A stretch of DNA of 63,850 bases, counting the filler, from Octopus bimaculoides (lineage: Eukaryota), in the NCBI RefSeq assembly GCF_001194135.2. It is 6 parts of 5 records of this genome, joined end to end, with 100 filler letters (N's around TTAATTAATTAA, not from the genome) between each part and the next. Parts side by side here need not be neighbours in the genome. Positions count along the whole stretch, not along the records: positions 37,981 to 56,994 come from NC_068995.1; positions 57,095 to 63,850 come from NC_068993.1; 4 more parts are not named here. The stretch is one strand, 5' to 3'. Below the pieces are notes generated by a model, which was given only the letters and a program-made list of their open reading frames with translations, was not told where the DNA came from and searched no databases. Both the position numbers and the translations under genes were made by a program. This document shows, piece by piece, positions 51,025-63,850 of this stretch; positions within the stretch are counted from its first letter, which is position 1; every line of letters starts with the position of its first letter.

Positions 51025-51150
51025 ATCCTCATCATCATTTAACGTCCGTTGTCCATGCTGGCATGAACTGGACGGTTTGACCAGGGCTGGTAAGCTGGAA
51101 GGCTGCGCCAGACTCCAGTCAGATTTGGCGTGGTTTCTATGGCTGAGCGA
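51025..51150 (-). mobile_element. RTE-type 3' tail fragment (related piece at about 54610-54745)
   Basis: Minus strand ends ...ccagcatggacaacggacgttaaatgatgatga, a short-repeat (GAT)n tail typical of RTE 3' ends. Confidence 0.5.
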
Positions 51151-51754
51151 TTAATTGAATCTTAAGGAAATATTACAATATTTTCTTTTTAAAAAAGTAA
51201 TATTATATATATTACATTTATGAATTTCGTTTTTGCATAAATAAGTAAATGAGTGGAAATCGAACCGGTGAGTGTGTTAAATAATAAGGCACTAAAAGAG
51301 AATGACTCTCCCCAGGCACAATAAAATTTATGAATTTGTTTGTAAGATTCTTGATGTGAAATTTTATGTTGAAACAGATATTGTTATATTTCGAGATAGT
51401 CATTTGAAAAACAAAATTTTTTGCCAAATAAACACATACACATTTTGAGAATGGACTAAACAGAACAGGAGGAGACACAAGGGGTGGAGAATTGGTGAAG
51501 AGGTCACAGGATATGTGACAAAAAATTTCCAGACAAAGGATAATAAAATAAGAACAATAATAATTCTGAAGAATGAATAAATAGTGCATGTGTTTATTTA
51601 AAAGAAGAAAAAAAAAAAGGCTATCCTGAAATATAACAATATAATATTATATGTTTTATTAAAACAATGTTTCATAAACATGAAAAAAAAACCATTGTAG
51701 AATACACACACACACACATCAATATTTCTATTTGTCCATCCATTCATCCATCCA

Positions 51755-51785
<31 letters not shown>

Positions 51786-52439
51786 TACTTGATTCATGCC
51801 AGATTTAAATATATACTTTAACCATATAACACAAGCCTTCTGTAGTTTTTTCACTCTTGTTTATCTTTTATACATCCAACCACGTGTTTTCACATACCAA
51901 CTTTCTCACCTATATATATATATATNNNNNNNNNNNNNNNNNNNNNNNNNNNNNNNNNNNNNNNNNNNNNNNNNNNNNNNNNNNNNNNNNNNNNNNNNNN
52001 NNNNNNNNNNNNNNNNNNNNNNNNNNNNNNNNNNNNNNNNNNNNNNNNNNNNNNNNNNNNNNNNNNNNNNNNNNNNNNNNNNNNNNNNNNNNNNNNNNNN
52101 NNNNNNNNNNNNNNNNNNNNNNNNNNNNNNNNNNNNNNNNNNNNNNNNNNNNNNNNNNNNNNNNNNNNNNNNNNNNNNNNNNNNNNNNNNNNNNNNNNNN
52201 NNNNNNNNNNNNNNNNNNNNNNNNNNNNNNNNNNNNNNNNNNNNNNNNNNNNNNNNNNNNNNNNNNNNNNNNNNNNNNNNNNNNNNNNNNNNNNNNNNNN
52301 NNNNNNNNNNNNNNNNNNNNNNNNNNNNNNNNNNNNNNNNNNNNNNNNNNNNNNNNNNNNNNNNNNNNNNNNNNNNNNNNNNNNNNNNNNNNNNNNNNNN
52401 NNNNNNNNNNNNNNNNNNNNNNNNNNNNNNNNNNNNNNN

Positions 52440-52476
<37 letters not shown>

Positions 52477-52477
<1 letters not shown>

Positions 52478-53165
52478 GACGGGCTTCTTTCAGTTTCCGT
52501 CTACCAAATCCACTCACAAGGCTTTGGTCAGCCCGAGGCTATAGTAGAAGACATTTGCCCAAGATGCCACGCAGTGGGACTGAACCCGGAACCATGTGAC
52601 TGAAACAAGCAAAGAATAGGCATAGACATGGGTGAGTGGTTAAGCAGCTTGCTTTGCAACCATGTGGTCTTGGGTTCAATCCCACTGTGTAGCACCCTGG
52701 GCAAGTGTCTATTACTAAAGCCACAGGACAACCAGTGCCTTGTGGCTGAATTTGGTAGACGGAAACTGTGCGGAAGCCCATCTTATGTGTGTGTGTATTT
52801 GTCCCTCTCCCCACTACTTCATAACCAGTGTTATTTTGTTTACATCCCCATAACATAGTAGTTCAGTAAACGAGAGCAATAAAAAAAAAAAAGAAATGAA
52901 GTATTGGAGTTGATTTGGTCAGCTAAACCCTTTGAGACAGTGGTCCAGCATGGCCACAGTTCTATGACTGAAACAAATAAAAGGTCAAAGGTAGTGAAAT
53001 ATTTTGGAAACATATATACCTGTGATACTTCTGTTAGATAGGAATTCATATCTTGGTCACTGACTGGCGGCATTTCCAATATGTCATTATAATATCGTTC
53101 GACTAATTTCTTGTAATTTGGAATATCTTTTGCATACAGCAGTTTATTTGATGGTGAATCCTGGA

Positions 53166-53223
<58 letters not shown>

Positions 53224-53770
53224 GTAGTAGTAATAATAATAATAATAATGTGATAAAATACTTCTTTCAATGACCCTGAAAAGTTGAAGGGCAATGGTTG
53301 GTCTTGGAAGAATTTGAACAGAGAATGTAGAAATGTACCTCTAAGCACCATATTTGGCATGCCAACCATTCTATCAGTTCACTGCCTTACTAACAAGAGT
53401 GAAAATATAGACACATGCATAGCTGTGTGATTAAGAAGTTTGCTTTGTAAGCATGTGGAATTGGTTTCCGTTTCAGTGTGTGGCACCATGGGTAGGTGTC
53501 TTTTACCAGAGCCCCTGGGCCAGCCACTAACTTGTGAATGAATTTAGTACACAGAAACTGCATGGAAGCCTGTCATATGTATATGTGCATATATATATAT
53601 GTGTGTGAGTGGGAGTGTATGTTTGTTCCCCCACACTTGACAACAAATGTTGGTTTGGTTATGTCCCCCTAGCTTAGTGATCTCAGCAAAAGAGACCAAG
53701 ACTAAAAACCGTCTGATGGTAGAGCCCCAGCATGGCCACAGTACAATGACTGAAACAAGTAAAAGATAAA
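52477..53770. mobile_element. Three SINE family B copies (- 52477-52597; + about 52625-52985; + about 53410-53770)
   Basis: Family B motifs ccctgggcaagtgtct, ggtagacggaaactg and ccagcatggccacag. Confidence 0.8.
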
Positions 53771-53877
53771 GATCCATGGTCATCTCATTGTAGTTTGTGA
53801 AAATTCTTCAGTACCAGAGATTACACTATATTTTGCACCCTTTTTTTTTTCCTAAAAGAGCGTAGGATTTTACTTAA

Positions 53878-54100
53878 CCCTTTCATTACCAACCCAGCTG
53901 AAACCGGCTCTAGCTCTGTAGTACAAATGTCTTGTTTCCAAAAGTTTTAAATTAAAATCTTCCACCAAACCTTAGTCACAATTTATGTTCCTAACACTAG
54001 CTTAATGATAACTAAGTTATTTTAGTAAAATTCTTTGTTTATATCTAAAATAATTGAGAGAAACACAGTGCATCTCAAAATAAATACAGTAATGAAAGGG
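53878..54100. mobile_element. piggyBac-type MITE, 223 bp, TTAA TSD
   Basis: TTAA (53874-77), CCCTTTCATTAC ... GTAATGAAAGGG, TTAA (54101-04): 12-bp perfect TIRs. A related internal fragment lies at about 48175-48320 in opposite orientation. Confidence 0.9.
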
Positions 54101-54576
54101 TTAAGGGAAATTTAGCTGCCTACTTCACCAGATCGAGCAACTGAATAGAGGTTCCGACCTTGACTAAAGTATCTTCTTTTGAATGTGGAGAGAAGAGTTA
54201 ATTATCAGGATGTATGAAATCAAAACGAGTTTGTCTGGATTAAAGTATTAATAAGTTACCGATCTTACCTTTCCAAGTCGATGCTCTGTTGTTGAACAGC
54301 TGTCCATAAAGGTTTGTGCTATCACAGATAGACAGGAATCAACAATATGGGGCTTGTTGATATCATATACAAAATCAGGATTTTTAATTATGTTGACCCA
54401 AAATCGTAGAGGTAAACTGAAAGATAAGAGGAAATATATATATATCTATATTTGGAGTGTTTTGGAAATTCCTTGATACAGTTATAATATTTGGAGAGAT
54501 TTTTTCTCAAAGAGTTAAGATTGAGAAAAGAACCTTTTTAGAAAGTCAAAAGGCACTAATCTTTGGGAAATCTCTC

Positions 54577-54611
<35 letters not shown>

Positions 54612-54986
54612 TTTAATGTCTGTCTCCCCTGCTGGCATACGTTGGATGGCTTCACACGAGGTGGTAAACCTGAGGACTGTACTAGGCTCCAGTGTCTGCT
54701 TTGGAATGGTTATCCTTGGTGCTTTTTATGTGTTACCAGTACCGGTGTGTTTACACAAAATGTTTTGCAGAAAACAATATTCACAGTAATTTATTCATTG
54801 CATGTATATAAAACTTAAACAAAAAGAATTTCATTTCTCTTTGGATACGTGTAGATGATTTGTTTAATTTATCATATTAGTAATAATTTCTTTGGATACT
54901 AACATTTTGGATATTATTCATCATGTTGGTTGTCGAATATGCCATCATTGAGGTTTCACCTTGCTTGTTTATACATATTTAGAAAT

Positions 54987-55067
54987 TTTACCTGATGATG
55001 GTAGATTTATGCTCTGATGTAATCTATGAATGCATCAATAAAACTCTACTGAAACAGCTGTAGTAAA
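54987..55067 (+). ncRNA. Type I hammerhead ribozyme with extended stem II (HHR-2)
   Basis: Stem I TTTAC (54987-91)/GTAAA (55063-67); CTGATGA (54992-98); extra T; stem II GGTAGA/TCTACT extended by TTTAT/ATAAA and TGATGT/GCATCA; GAAA (55051-54); palindromic stem III ACAGCTGT; triplet GUA with predicted cut after 55062. Confidence 0.8.
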
Positions 55068-55342
55068 TTTTAAACCCCATTGGTGTTCTACTCTGTGTGT
55101 GTGTGTATGTATTCAAAACTTACCTATTGCTTTTCCATGTATGCACAACTTCAGCATCTGTGATATTGTACTGTAGAGCTGCTTCATCCAAATAATCAAA
55201 AAGATACTTCACAACTGGCGGCAATGCATTGTCGACAGTTAAGATTGTCTTGAATAAATCATCAACAAATTTCTGCAGAGTACCCTGAAATTATAAATAT
55301 ATGAATATATTTAGCAAAGAAATACTAGGTGTGTGGGTGTGC

Positions 55343-55374
<32 letters not shown>

Positions 55375-55501
55375 ATGCAGAGGGAAAGAAAGTGAGAATA
55401 AAGCAGAAAAATAATGATGATGCAGATGGTTACATATATATCTACCTTATCTATCTATCTATCTATCTCTGTCTGTCTGTCTATATGTGCCTATCTGTCT
55501 C

Positions 55502-55537
<36 letters not shown>

Positions 55538-55599
55538 TGTGCATATATCTTATACATAAAGGGCAATTACTGTCTGTTGATCTGTCTGTTACCATCTTG

Positions 55600-56990
55600 C
55601 TACCTATACCAATGAACGAGGGCCAGTCAGGCGGTACTGGTAACAGCCACGCTCGAAATGGTGTATTATACGTGCCACCTGCACAGGAGCCAGTCCAGTG
55701 GTACTAGCAACGAACTTGCTCGAATCTCTTTTCACGTGCCAGGAAGACCACGTTGGTAACGGTCATGCTCAAATGGTGCTATTTACGAGCCACTAGCATG
55801 GAAGCCAGACAGCTGCTCTGGCAATGAACACGTTCAGGCAGTGCTGTTAGTGATTTACTGGTACTGGTGCCATCACGATTTCGCTTTCGCTTTCGCTTGC
55901 CCCAACAGGTCTTCGCAAGCCGAATTTAGTGTTCAATGAAGACATTGGCATGGGTGCCAGTCTACAAATTTAGTTCGATTTCAATTTCGATTTCACTTGC
56001 CTCAACAGATCTTCACAAGCGAAGTTTAGTGTCCAAAGAAGGAATGTTACACATAAGTGGGCTGGCTACATCCCTGGCAGAGGCCTTGGATTTTGGTCTC
56101 ACTTGGCCTGCTGGGTCTTCTCACGCACAGCATATTTCCAAAGGTCACGGTTACAAGTCATTGCCTCGGTGAGGCCTAATGTTCGGAAGTCGTGCTTCAC
56201 CACCATATCCCAGGTCTTCCTAGGCCTGCCTCTTCCACNNNNNNNNNNNNNNNNNNNNNNNNNNNNNNNNNNNNNNNNNNNNNNNNNNNNNNNNNNNNNN
56301 NNNNNNNNNNNNNNNNNNNNNNNNNNNNNNNNNNNNNNNNNNNNNNNNNNNNNNNNNNNNNNNNNNNNNNNNNNNNNNNNNNNNNNNNNNNNNNNNNNNN
56401 NNNNNNNNNNNNNNNNNNNNNNNNNNNNNNNNNNNNNNNNNNNNNNNNNNNNNNNNNNNNNNNNNNNNNNNNNNNNNNNNNNNNNNNNNNNNNNNNNNNN
56501 NNNNNNNNNNNNNNNNNNNNNNNNNNNNNNNNNNNNNNNNNNNNNNNNNNNNNNNNNNNNNNNNNNNNNNNNNNNNNNNNNNNNNNNNNNNNNNNNNNNN
56601 NNNNNNNNNNNNNNNNNNNNNNNNNNNNNNNNNNNNNNNNNNNGCCAGCAGAGGTAAGAGCTCTCTGAACTTCACCCAGGCTATTCTTATTCTAGCAGCT
56701 ACACTTTCAGCGCACCCACCCCAACTACTAACTTGGTCACTAAGATAGCGGAAGCCATCAACCACTTCTAGTTTTTCTCCCTGGAATGTGGCAGAAGTTG
56801 TTCTCTGCACATTTTCAGTGTTTAATGCTCCTGAGCATCTGCCAAATGCAAAAACTATCTTCCTAGTTAACCTGCCTTTGATATTGCTGCACCTCTTATG
56901 TGTCCATAGCTTACACTGGGTACATCTTATAGAGTTCTACCTACACCTTTTCTACAGATCGAGCAGAGCCATCTACCTGAAGGGGTTTGT
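55600..56990 (-). mobile_element. RTE-clade LINE 3' portion (RT C-terminus and 3' UTR), spanning a gap
   Basis: EKLEVVDGFRYLSDQVSSWGGCAESVAARIRIAWVKFRELLPLL and RGRPRKTWDMVVKHDFRTLGLTEAMTCNRDLWKYAV*. Confidence 0.85.
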
Positions 56991-57094
56991 GTTTNNNNNN
57001 NNNNNNNNNNNNNNNNNNNNNNNNNNNNNNNNNNNNNNTTAATTAATTAANNNNNNNNNNNNNNNNNNNNNNNNNNNNNNNNNNNNNNNNNNNN

Positions 57095-57126
<32 letters not shown>

Positions 57127-57198
57127 ATTGTTAGACCTATAGATAAATGTAAGCATGTATATGCATATAAATACATACGTATATACTATATATGTGCA

Positions 57199-57238
<40 letters not shown>

Positions 57239-57499
57239 TATGAATGCGTGTCGCTTCAAACAATTTTTAATATCACGTAAATGAAAGATTCCATGTTTTG
57301 TGAAGAATATTCCATCACGTCATATGCATATTTCTCTCTGACGTCACCCTGTCACACACATAAGAACACATTACACAATAGACAAACCGAAAGTCTATTC
57401 ACTACTTATTGTTCGTCGGCGTTCTTGTCGCCATCAACAACAGCAACAGCATGATCGCTCAGGAAAAAAGAGGATCATATTCATCGCACCCATAGACCT

Positions 57500-57687
57500 C
57501 CGCATCATCATAATCACCATCCTCATCACTGTCCATTATCATCATTTTCTTCATCATGATCTTCATCTCTACAATTATAACTAGCATCATCATCATCCTC
57601 ATCATCATCATCATCATCACCCCATCATCATCATCATCGTCGTCGTCGTCATCTTTATTATCATCGTCATCATCATCATCATCATCG

Positions 57688-57725
<38 letters not shown>

Positions 57726-57822
57726 GTCATCATCATCATCATCGTCATTATTATTATTTTCATTGCCGTCATCATTTTTCAGCATCATCATTCTTGTCAA
57801 CATCAAGCCATCATCACGCCGC

Positions 57823-57871
<49 letters not shown>

Positions 57872-57905
57872 TGCGTTGCTGTCAGTGATGACATCACCCA
57901 TGTCG

Positions 57906-57955
<50 letters not shown>

Positions 57956-58770
57956 GTCACCACATTCCCTTTCCTCATCAGCACCATCATAACCGATCTC
58001 CTATCATTGTCATTATCTACAAATGCCGACAAGCATGTGTTGGTTTCCTTGTTTCGTCCTGATCCGATCAATCTATCTGTTCGAGAAGCTGCGCTGTCAA
58101 AGAAACATGTCTTCTTTGTACGCGAGTACAAAATATTGATTATAAAATATGAACTATCTAACGGAAAGTAATAGGCATGTTGTCTGGTGTACAATCTGAA
58201 CATATTGTCTATGATGACATTTTCTTACCGGCCGGTCAACGCCAATAGCGATTGCTGACTAATAAGGATTAAAAATATTTTGAATCATACTGAAAATACT
58301 AGTCTAGTAGTAGTAGTAGTGGTGGTGGTGGTGGTGGTGTTGGTGGTGGTGGTAGTGATAGTGGTGGTGGTAGTAGTAGGAGTAGTAATATTAGTAGTAG
58401 TAGTAGTAGTGGTAGTGATGGTGGTGGNNNNNNNNNNNNNNNNNNNNNNNNNNNNNNNNNNNNNNNNNNNNNNNNNNNNNNNNNNNNNNNNNNNNNNNNN
58501 NNNNNNNNNNNNNNNNNNNNNNNNNNNNNNNNNNNNNNNNNNNNNNNNNNNNNNNNNNNNNNNNNNNNNNNNNNNNNNNNNNNNNNNNNNNNNNNNNNGG
58601 TGGTGGTGGTGGTGATGGTGGTAGTAGTAGTAGTAGTAGTGGTGGTGGTGGTGGTGGTGTTGGTGGTGGTGGTAGTGATAGTGGTGGTGGTAGTAGTAGG
58701 AGTAGTAATATTAGTAGTAGTAGTAGTAGTGGTAGTGATGGTGGTGGTAGTAGTAGTAGTAGTTTTAGTA

Positions 58771-58823
<53 letters not shown>

Positions 58824-58845
58824 TGTAGTAGTAGTAGTAGTAGCA
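57500..58845. repeat. Compound trinucleotide microsatellites (CAT/CGT/CGC, then TAG/TGG)
   Basis: Direct reading. These runs are the source of the poly-D, poly-S, poly-T and poly-V ORF-track entries. Confidence 0.9.
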
Positions 58846-58859
58846 GTTTCATACACTTT

Positions 58860-59150
58860 GCATTACTGCCGTATGATAACGATGTAGGTTCGAAAGAAAT
58901 CGAAGAAATTGAGGAATATCAGGATCTTACGACAGCGGTGAAGAGATAGTGGAAGATTAAGTCCAGAATTATTCCTGTGATAATTTGTGTATTTGGCAAA
59001 ACACCCAAACCGTTTACCTAAGAGACTGGAAGTTATTGGAAGTGATATTAGTATTGTAGACCTGCAGAGAATCGCAACCTCCACCTCAGCAAAAATCATA
59101 AGAATGGCACATGAGATTCGAGGTGACTTGTCACGAAACCTCTATACAAT
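58860..59150 (+). mobile_element. R4/Dong-like LINE restriction-like endonuclease C-terminus and 3' end
   Basis: PYDNDVGSKEIEEIEEYQDLTTAVKR*WKIKSRIIPVIICVFGKTP...LQRIATSTSAKIIR matches the RLE signature PxDxNVxxKExEKxxKYQDL...VVPVVIGALG...LQKxA. Confidence 0.8.
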
Positions 59151-59409
59151 AACCTTACTGAAGAATATAAAGTATAGTAGATATAATAATATTGATAGTT
59201 TTGGATTTTGGCAAAATAGAAGCAATTTGGAGGAGAAGGGATTGTTTCATAGTCTCATCTGAAATACTGGTACTTCGGATGAAGGTACCACGGATTCAAA
59301 TACTACCGAGGACAACATTGTTTTTTATCCGAGGGAACCAGAAGCAAAGCTAGACTCGATGGTATTTGAGCCCAGATATACCGCATCGCGCTTTATAGAA
59401 AAAGATGAA

Positions 59410-59650
59410 GAAGGCGGCGGCAAGCTGCCAGAATCGTTAGCGCGCCGGGCGAAATGCTTAGCGGTATTTGCCTGCCGTTACGTTGAGTTCAAATTCCGTC
59501 CGAGTCGACTTTGCCTTTTATCATTTCGGGGTCAATAAATTAAGTACCAGTTACGCACTGCGGTCGATGTAATCGACTTAATCCCTTTGTATGTCCTTGT
59601 ATGTCCCCTCTATGTTTAGCCTCTTGTGAGCAATAAAGAAATAATAATAA
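59410..59650 (+). mobile_element. Well-preserved SINE family A
   Basis: aaggcggcggcaagctgccagaatcgttagcgcgccgggcgaaatgcttagcggtatttg...gagttcaaattcc...gtcgactttgcc...aagtaccagttacgcactgcggtcgat...gagcaataaagaaataa. Confidence 0.9.
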
Positions 59651-60124
59651 GAACAACAACAACAACAAAAACAACGAGAAGGTGAAGAAAAAGAAGAAGA
59701 AGAAGAAGAAGAAGAAGAAGAAGAGGAACAACAACAACAACAACAACAATAACAAGAAGGTCGGGGAGTGGGAGAAAGCAAGGAAGGGGATGTAGAGCAG
59801 GGGGAGGNNNNNNNNNNNNNNNNNNNNNNNNNNNNNNNNNNNNNNNNNNNNNNNNNNNNNNNNNNNNNNNNNNNNNNNNNNNNNNNNNNNNNNNNNNNNN
59901 NNNNNNNNNNNNNNNNNNNNNNNNNNNNNNNNNNNNNNNNNNNNNNNNNNNNNNNNNNNNNNNNNNNNNNNNNNNNNNNNNNNNNNNNNNNNNNNNNNNN
60001 NNNNNNNNNNNNNNNNNNNNNNNNNNNNNNNNNNNNNNNNNNNNNNNNNNNNNNNNNNNNNNNNNNNNNNNNNNNNNNNNNNNNNNNNNNNNNNNNNNNN
60101 NNNNNNNNNNNNNNNNNNNNNNNN

Positions 60125-60156
<32 letters not shown>

Positions 60157-60691
60157 AAGAGAGATAGACTACTGTGTCGTATCCGTACCCTGATGTTCTC
60201 ATCAACGTTCTATCGTTCTTAACTGTTCTAGCGTAAATAACTGAGCTCAGCTTAAACTTTACATATTATAGACTAGTGTGATGTACATTCACAAATAAAA
60301 CAGAGAATCATAAATATCTTACTCACGCTCTGACATGAGATGACACGACATATTTATAGCGTCATTGATTTCTGAAAACAAAGATAAACACAAATACGTT
60401 TTTGAAGGATTTAAATATGTTTTTGATGAAGTAATTTCTGGATATCTATATACATGTCTTTAGGGCATTTGTAATGAGTTTTGGAGTGTTCTCACGTTTT
60501 GTGGAAAGCAATTGGTTCACCTTTTTAGGTATGTCTTTCAAAAATGCCTCCACGCACATGTTCTTTCCCTCGCCTGAGAAATGTGTGTCAGTCTGTATGT
60601 GGGTATGTGTGTGTGTGAAGGTATGTGGGTTGTGTGGGTATGTGTGTGAGAGGAGATTGAATAGTTAACGTACAACGTATATTGCAGCCAT

Positions 60692-60726
<35 letters not shown>

Positions 60727-60738
60727 CACCCACACATA

Positions 60739-60824
<86 letters not shown>

Positions 60825-62039
60825 NNNNNNNNNNNNNNNNNNNNNNNNNNNNNNNNNNNNNNNNNNNNNNNNNNNNNNNNNNNNNNNNNNNNNNNNNNNN
60901 NNNNNNNNNNNNNNNNNNNNNNNNNNNNNNNNNNNNNNNNNNNNNNNNNNNNNNNNNNNNNNNNNNNNNNNNNNNNNNNNNNNNNNCATATATATATATA
61001 TATATATGTATACATATATATGATGTATATATGTATGTATGTATGTATGCATCTATGTATGTATCTATGTATGTATCTGTGTATGTATCGATGTATTTAT
61101 GTATGTATGTATATATGTAGTGTTCATATACTGGATGATTTTGGTAATCAATGTGGTCAGACAACGGTTAAGCATATAACTGGAGGGATTCCACGGGGTG
61201 GAGATGCAATTTATGTAGGTGTTTTTTCTTCTTCTGTATCTTTCCAATGGTTAGCATCGAGATAATTGAATTTAAATACCCAAAATGCTGCTGCTATTCA
61301 AATGGAGCTATAAATAGTAGTTAATTATATACAGGGTAAGATACGACTTGACAGAGTAGAATGTATACAGCATTGCCTACAAGAATTAGAATATCTAATG
61401 TATACCAGAGAAGCGCCATAACCATTACAGCAAAACGACCTAACAACCCTCAGCCGTCGAAATTAGAAACTTTAATGGACTAGCTAAGAAATAAATATTT
61501 TATTTCGGTAGCTTGCAGCATTGAGAATTTTCAAAATAAGAATCTAAGAAGCTGTTTGAATTTAGTTTGAGCTTCTTAAATATTTATTTTCTGCTTCTTA
61601 ATAGTATTTCAAATAAATGATTTTTTTTTCTGCTTTTATCTTTCACTTGTCACAGTGATTGGACTGCGTTCATGCTGAAGCGCATCTTTGAAGGGTTTCT
61701 TCGGCCAAATCGACATCAGTGCTTACGTTTTCAAAATCCGGTACTTATCCCATCTGCTCGTCTTGTCCAATTGCTAAGTTGCATGGTTATAAACAAACCA
61801 ACAGTGGCTGTCAAATGGTAATGAAACAAACAAAAAGAGACGCACATACACATACAATACACAGACACATGATGGAAACTGCTTCAAGTTTGGTAGGCGA
61901 TTCTGATAAATAATATCTCCGTGGTAAAAGAGAATGTAAGTCCATATACAGCTAACTATATTTAAGAACCAAATAATGGGCAATATGTGTGTCTCTCTCG
62001 TGGGTCCCACCGAGTATGTAAATAAATAAACATATACAA

Positions 62040-62460
62040 CAGAGCAGGAGTGGCTGAGTGGTAAGAAGTGTGTTCCCAACCACATCGTTCCGAGTTCGCT
62101 CCCTCTGCGTGTCACCGTGAGCGAGTAAATTATTTTCAGAGCCTCGGGTCGAACGAAGCCTTGTGAGTAGATTTGGTGAAGAGAAAAGGAAAGAAGCCAG
62201 TGGTACGTATATGTGTGTATGTGTGTATTTGTGTGTGCGTATGTGTGTGTGCGTCTGTGTGTGCGTCTGTGTGTGTGTATGTGTGAACGTACGTATATGT
62301 ATGTATGTACGAATGTATGTTGGCACAACTGTGTGGTAAGAAATTTGGTTCACAACCGCATGGCCCCATGTTCAGTACCACTGCGTGGCAGTCTTGGTAC
62401 GGCCAAAGGCATGTGAGTGGGTTTGGTGGACGGAAAATGTAAGGTGCCCGTCTTATATAA
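62040..62460 (+). mobile_element. Two SINE family B heads in tandem
   Basis: gcaggagtggctgagtggtaagaagt... (about 62044) and gtgtggtaagaaatttgg... (about 62330). Confidence 0.75.
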
Positions 62461-62508
62461 GTGTGTGCATGTGTGTGTGTGCGTATGCGTGTGTGTTTGT
62501 GTGTGTGA

Positions 62509-62542
<34 letters not shown>

Positions 62543-62671
62543 ATGGGTGTATGTACATATTCATTTATGGGACAATGATTGTCGAATCACACGTAATGCT
62601 ATAAATATTTGCATGTAAATCTTTATTGCAGAGAAAAAGTATGAATTTTCAGTACGCATTATACTCTATTG

Positions 62672-62985
62672 TGGGGGCACATGGCCTAGTGATTAGAGCA
62701 GCGGACTCGCGGTCGAGAGATCGCAGGTTCGAATCTCAGATCGGGAGATTTTCGAGTTTATGGGCGAAACAACTAGGCTCCGCGTGGCTCCGGCAGAAGG
62801 TAATGGCGCACTTCTGCGGACTCTTTCGAGCACAACTTTCTCTCACTCTTTCTTCCTGCATGTAGCAGCTCACCTGCGACGGACCGGCGTCTCGTCCAGG
62901 TGGGGAACCTATACGCCAATGAAACCGGAAAACCAGCCCTTATGAGCCAGGCATAGCTCGTGAAGGAACAAACAACAACAACATT
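62672..62985 (+). mobile_element. tRNA-derived SINE family C with V-domain-like 3' motif and (AAC)n tail
   Basis: A-box TGGCCTAGTGA, B-box GGTTCGAATCTC, ctgcgacggaccggcgtctcgtccagg motif, tail aacaaacaacaacaac. Confidence 0.75.
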
Positions 62986-63544
62986 ATACTCTATTACTCA
63001 CATTCGTTTATGGATACATATACATATATTATCACGAAAATGGCTAGTATTTCTATCAATTTATATTTTCTCCCGCTACAATAATTTGTACAGAATGAAA
63101 TCCTTCTCCTAAACAATTTGTTGAAAAGATAGTACTCTTCAAACTTCATGCAACACCTATACAGTCATAACTGGAAATATCAACGAATGTTAAATAATAC
63201 TAATGATATCATCATACTTAAGGCTTATGGCTTATACTAATGCGTTCCATATAAATTGTCTGAGTAATTAAGGAGGGGTTTTTTTGTGGTAGGTAATAGA
63301 ATTGCAAATAATGTTAATTTCGGGAAGGTATTAAATGGGATAATAACAGTATTTCATTAAGCCACGTGAAACTGGACCCATCTATATTAAACCAAACTTG
63401 GCTGCTATCAATAACTGAGTTCAGACTATTAATTATATCACTAAATTGCTTAGATGAGTTATAAATACTAGTACCAACCAATATTGTTCAGGGTTGTTAA
63501 GCAACTGCTGCCATTTTTTTTCTTTAATTATCTGTTATCCTTTT

Positions 63545-63775
63545 TTCTTTTACGTGTTTCAGTCATTAGACTGTGGCCATGCTGGGGTGCTGCCCTCAAT
63601 CTTTTTTTAGTTGAATGAATCAACAACAGTACTTCTGTTTTTTTTATTTTTTAAGCCAGGTACTTATTCTTTCGGTCACTTTTGTCGAAACGCTAAGTGA
63701 CGGGGACGTAGACACACTGACACCGCTTATCAAGTGGTGATGGGGGACAAACACAGACAAACACACATACACACA
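63545..63775 (-). mobile_element. SINE family B 3' half
   Basis: gtttcagtcattagactgtggccatgctgg...gtacttattc...tcaagtggtgatgggggacaaacac. Confidence 0.8.
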
Positions 63776-63819
63776 CACCTTCTGAGTGGATTTCATAGAT
63801 GGAAACTGAAAGAAGCCCG

Positions 63820-63850
<31 letters not shown>

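Overview
AT-rich, microsatellite- and SINE-dense metazoan DNA from a gapped draft assembly. The SINE families and repeat style resemble an octopus (coleoid cephalopod) genome; this is an inference from recall, not a search. Only one host coding segment is supported: the 3' part of a VWA5A-like gene (+, 37982-38854), open back to an unsized gap. The rest is transposon debris: Penelope-like RT and GIY-YIG remnants, R4/Dong RT and endonuclease remnants, RTE and L1/Tx1 fragments, a Tigger transposase, Tc2/pogo and piggyBac non-autonomous elements, at least four tRNA-derived SINE families and a tRNA-Arg pseudogene. The most striking signals are two well-formed minimal type I hammerhead ribozymes with palindromic stem III (35213-35258 and 54987-55067) plus decayed copies. 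One sits at the 3' end of a short element with a tRNA-derived Pol III head, i.e. a candidate ribozyme-bearing SINE that may be mobilised by Penelope-like elements. A near-perfect hairpin with 91-bp arms lies at 33546-33759. Most ORF-track entries are microsatellite or N-gap artefacts.
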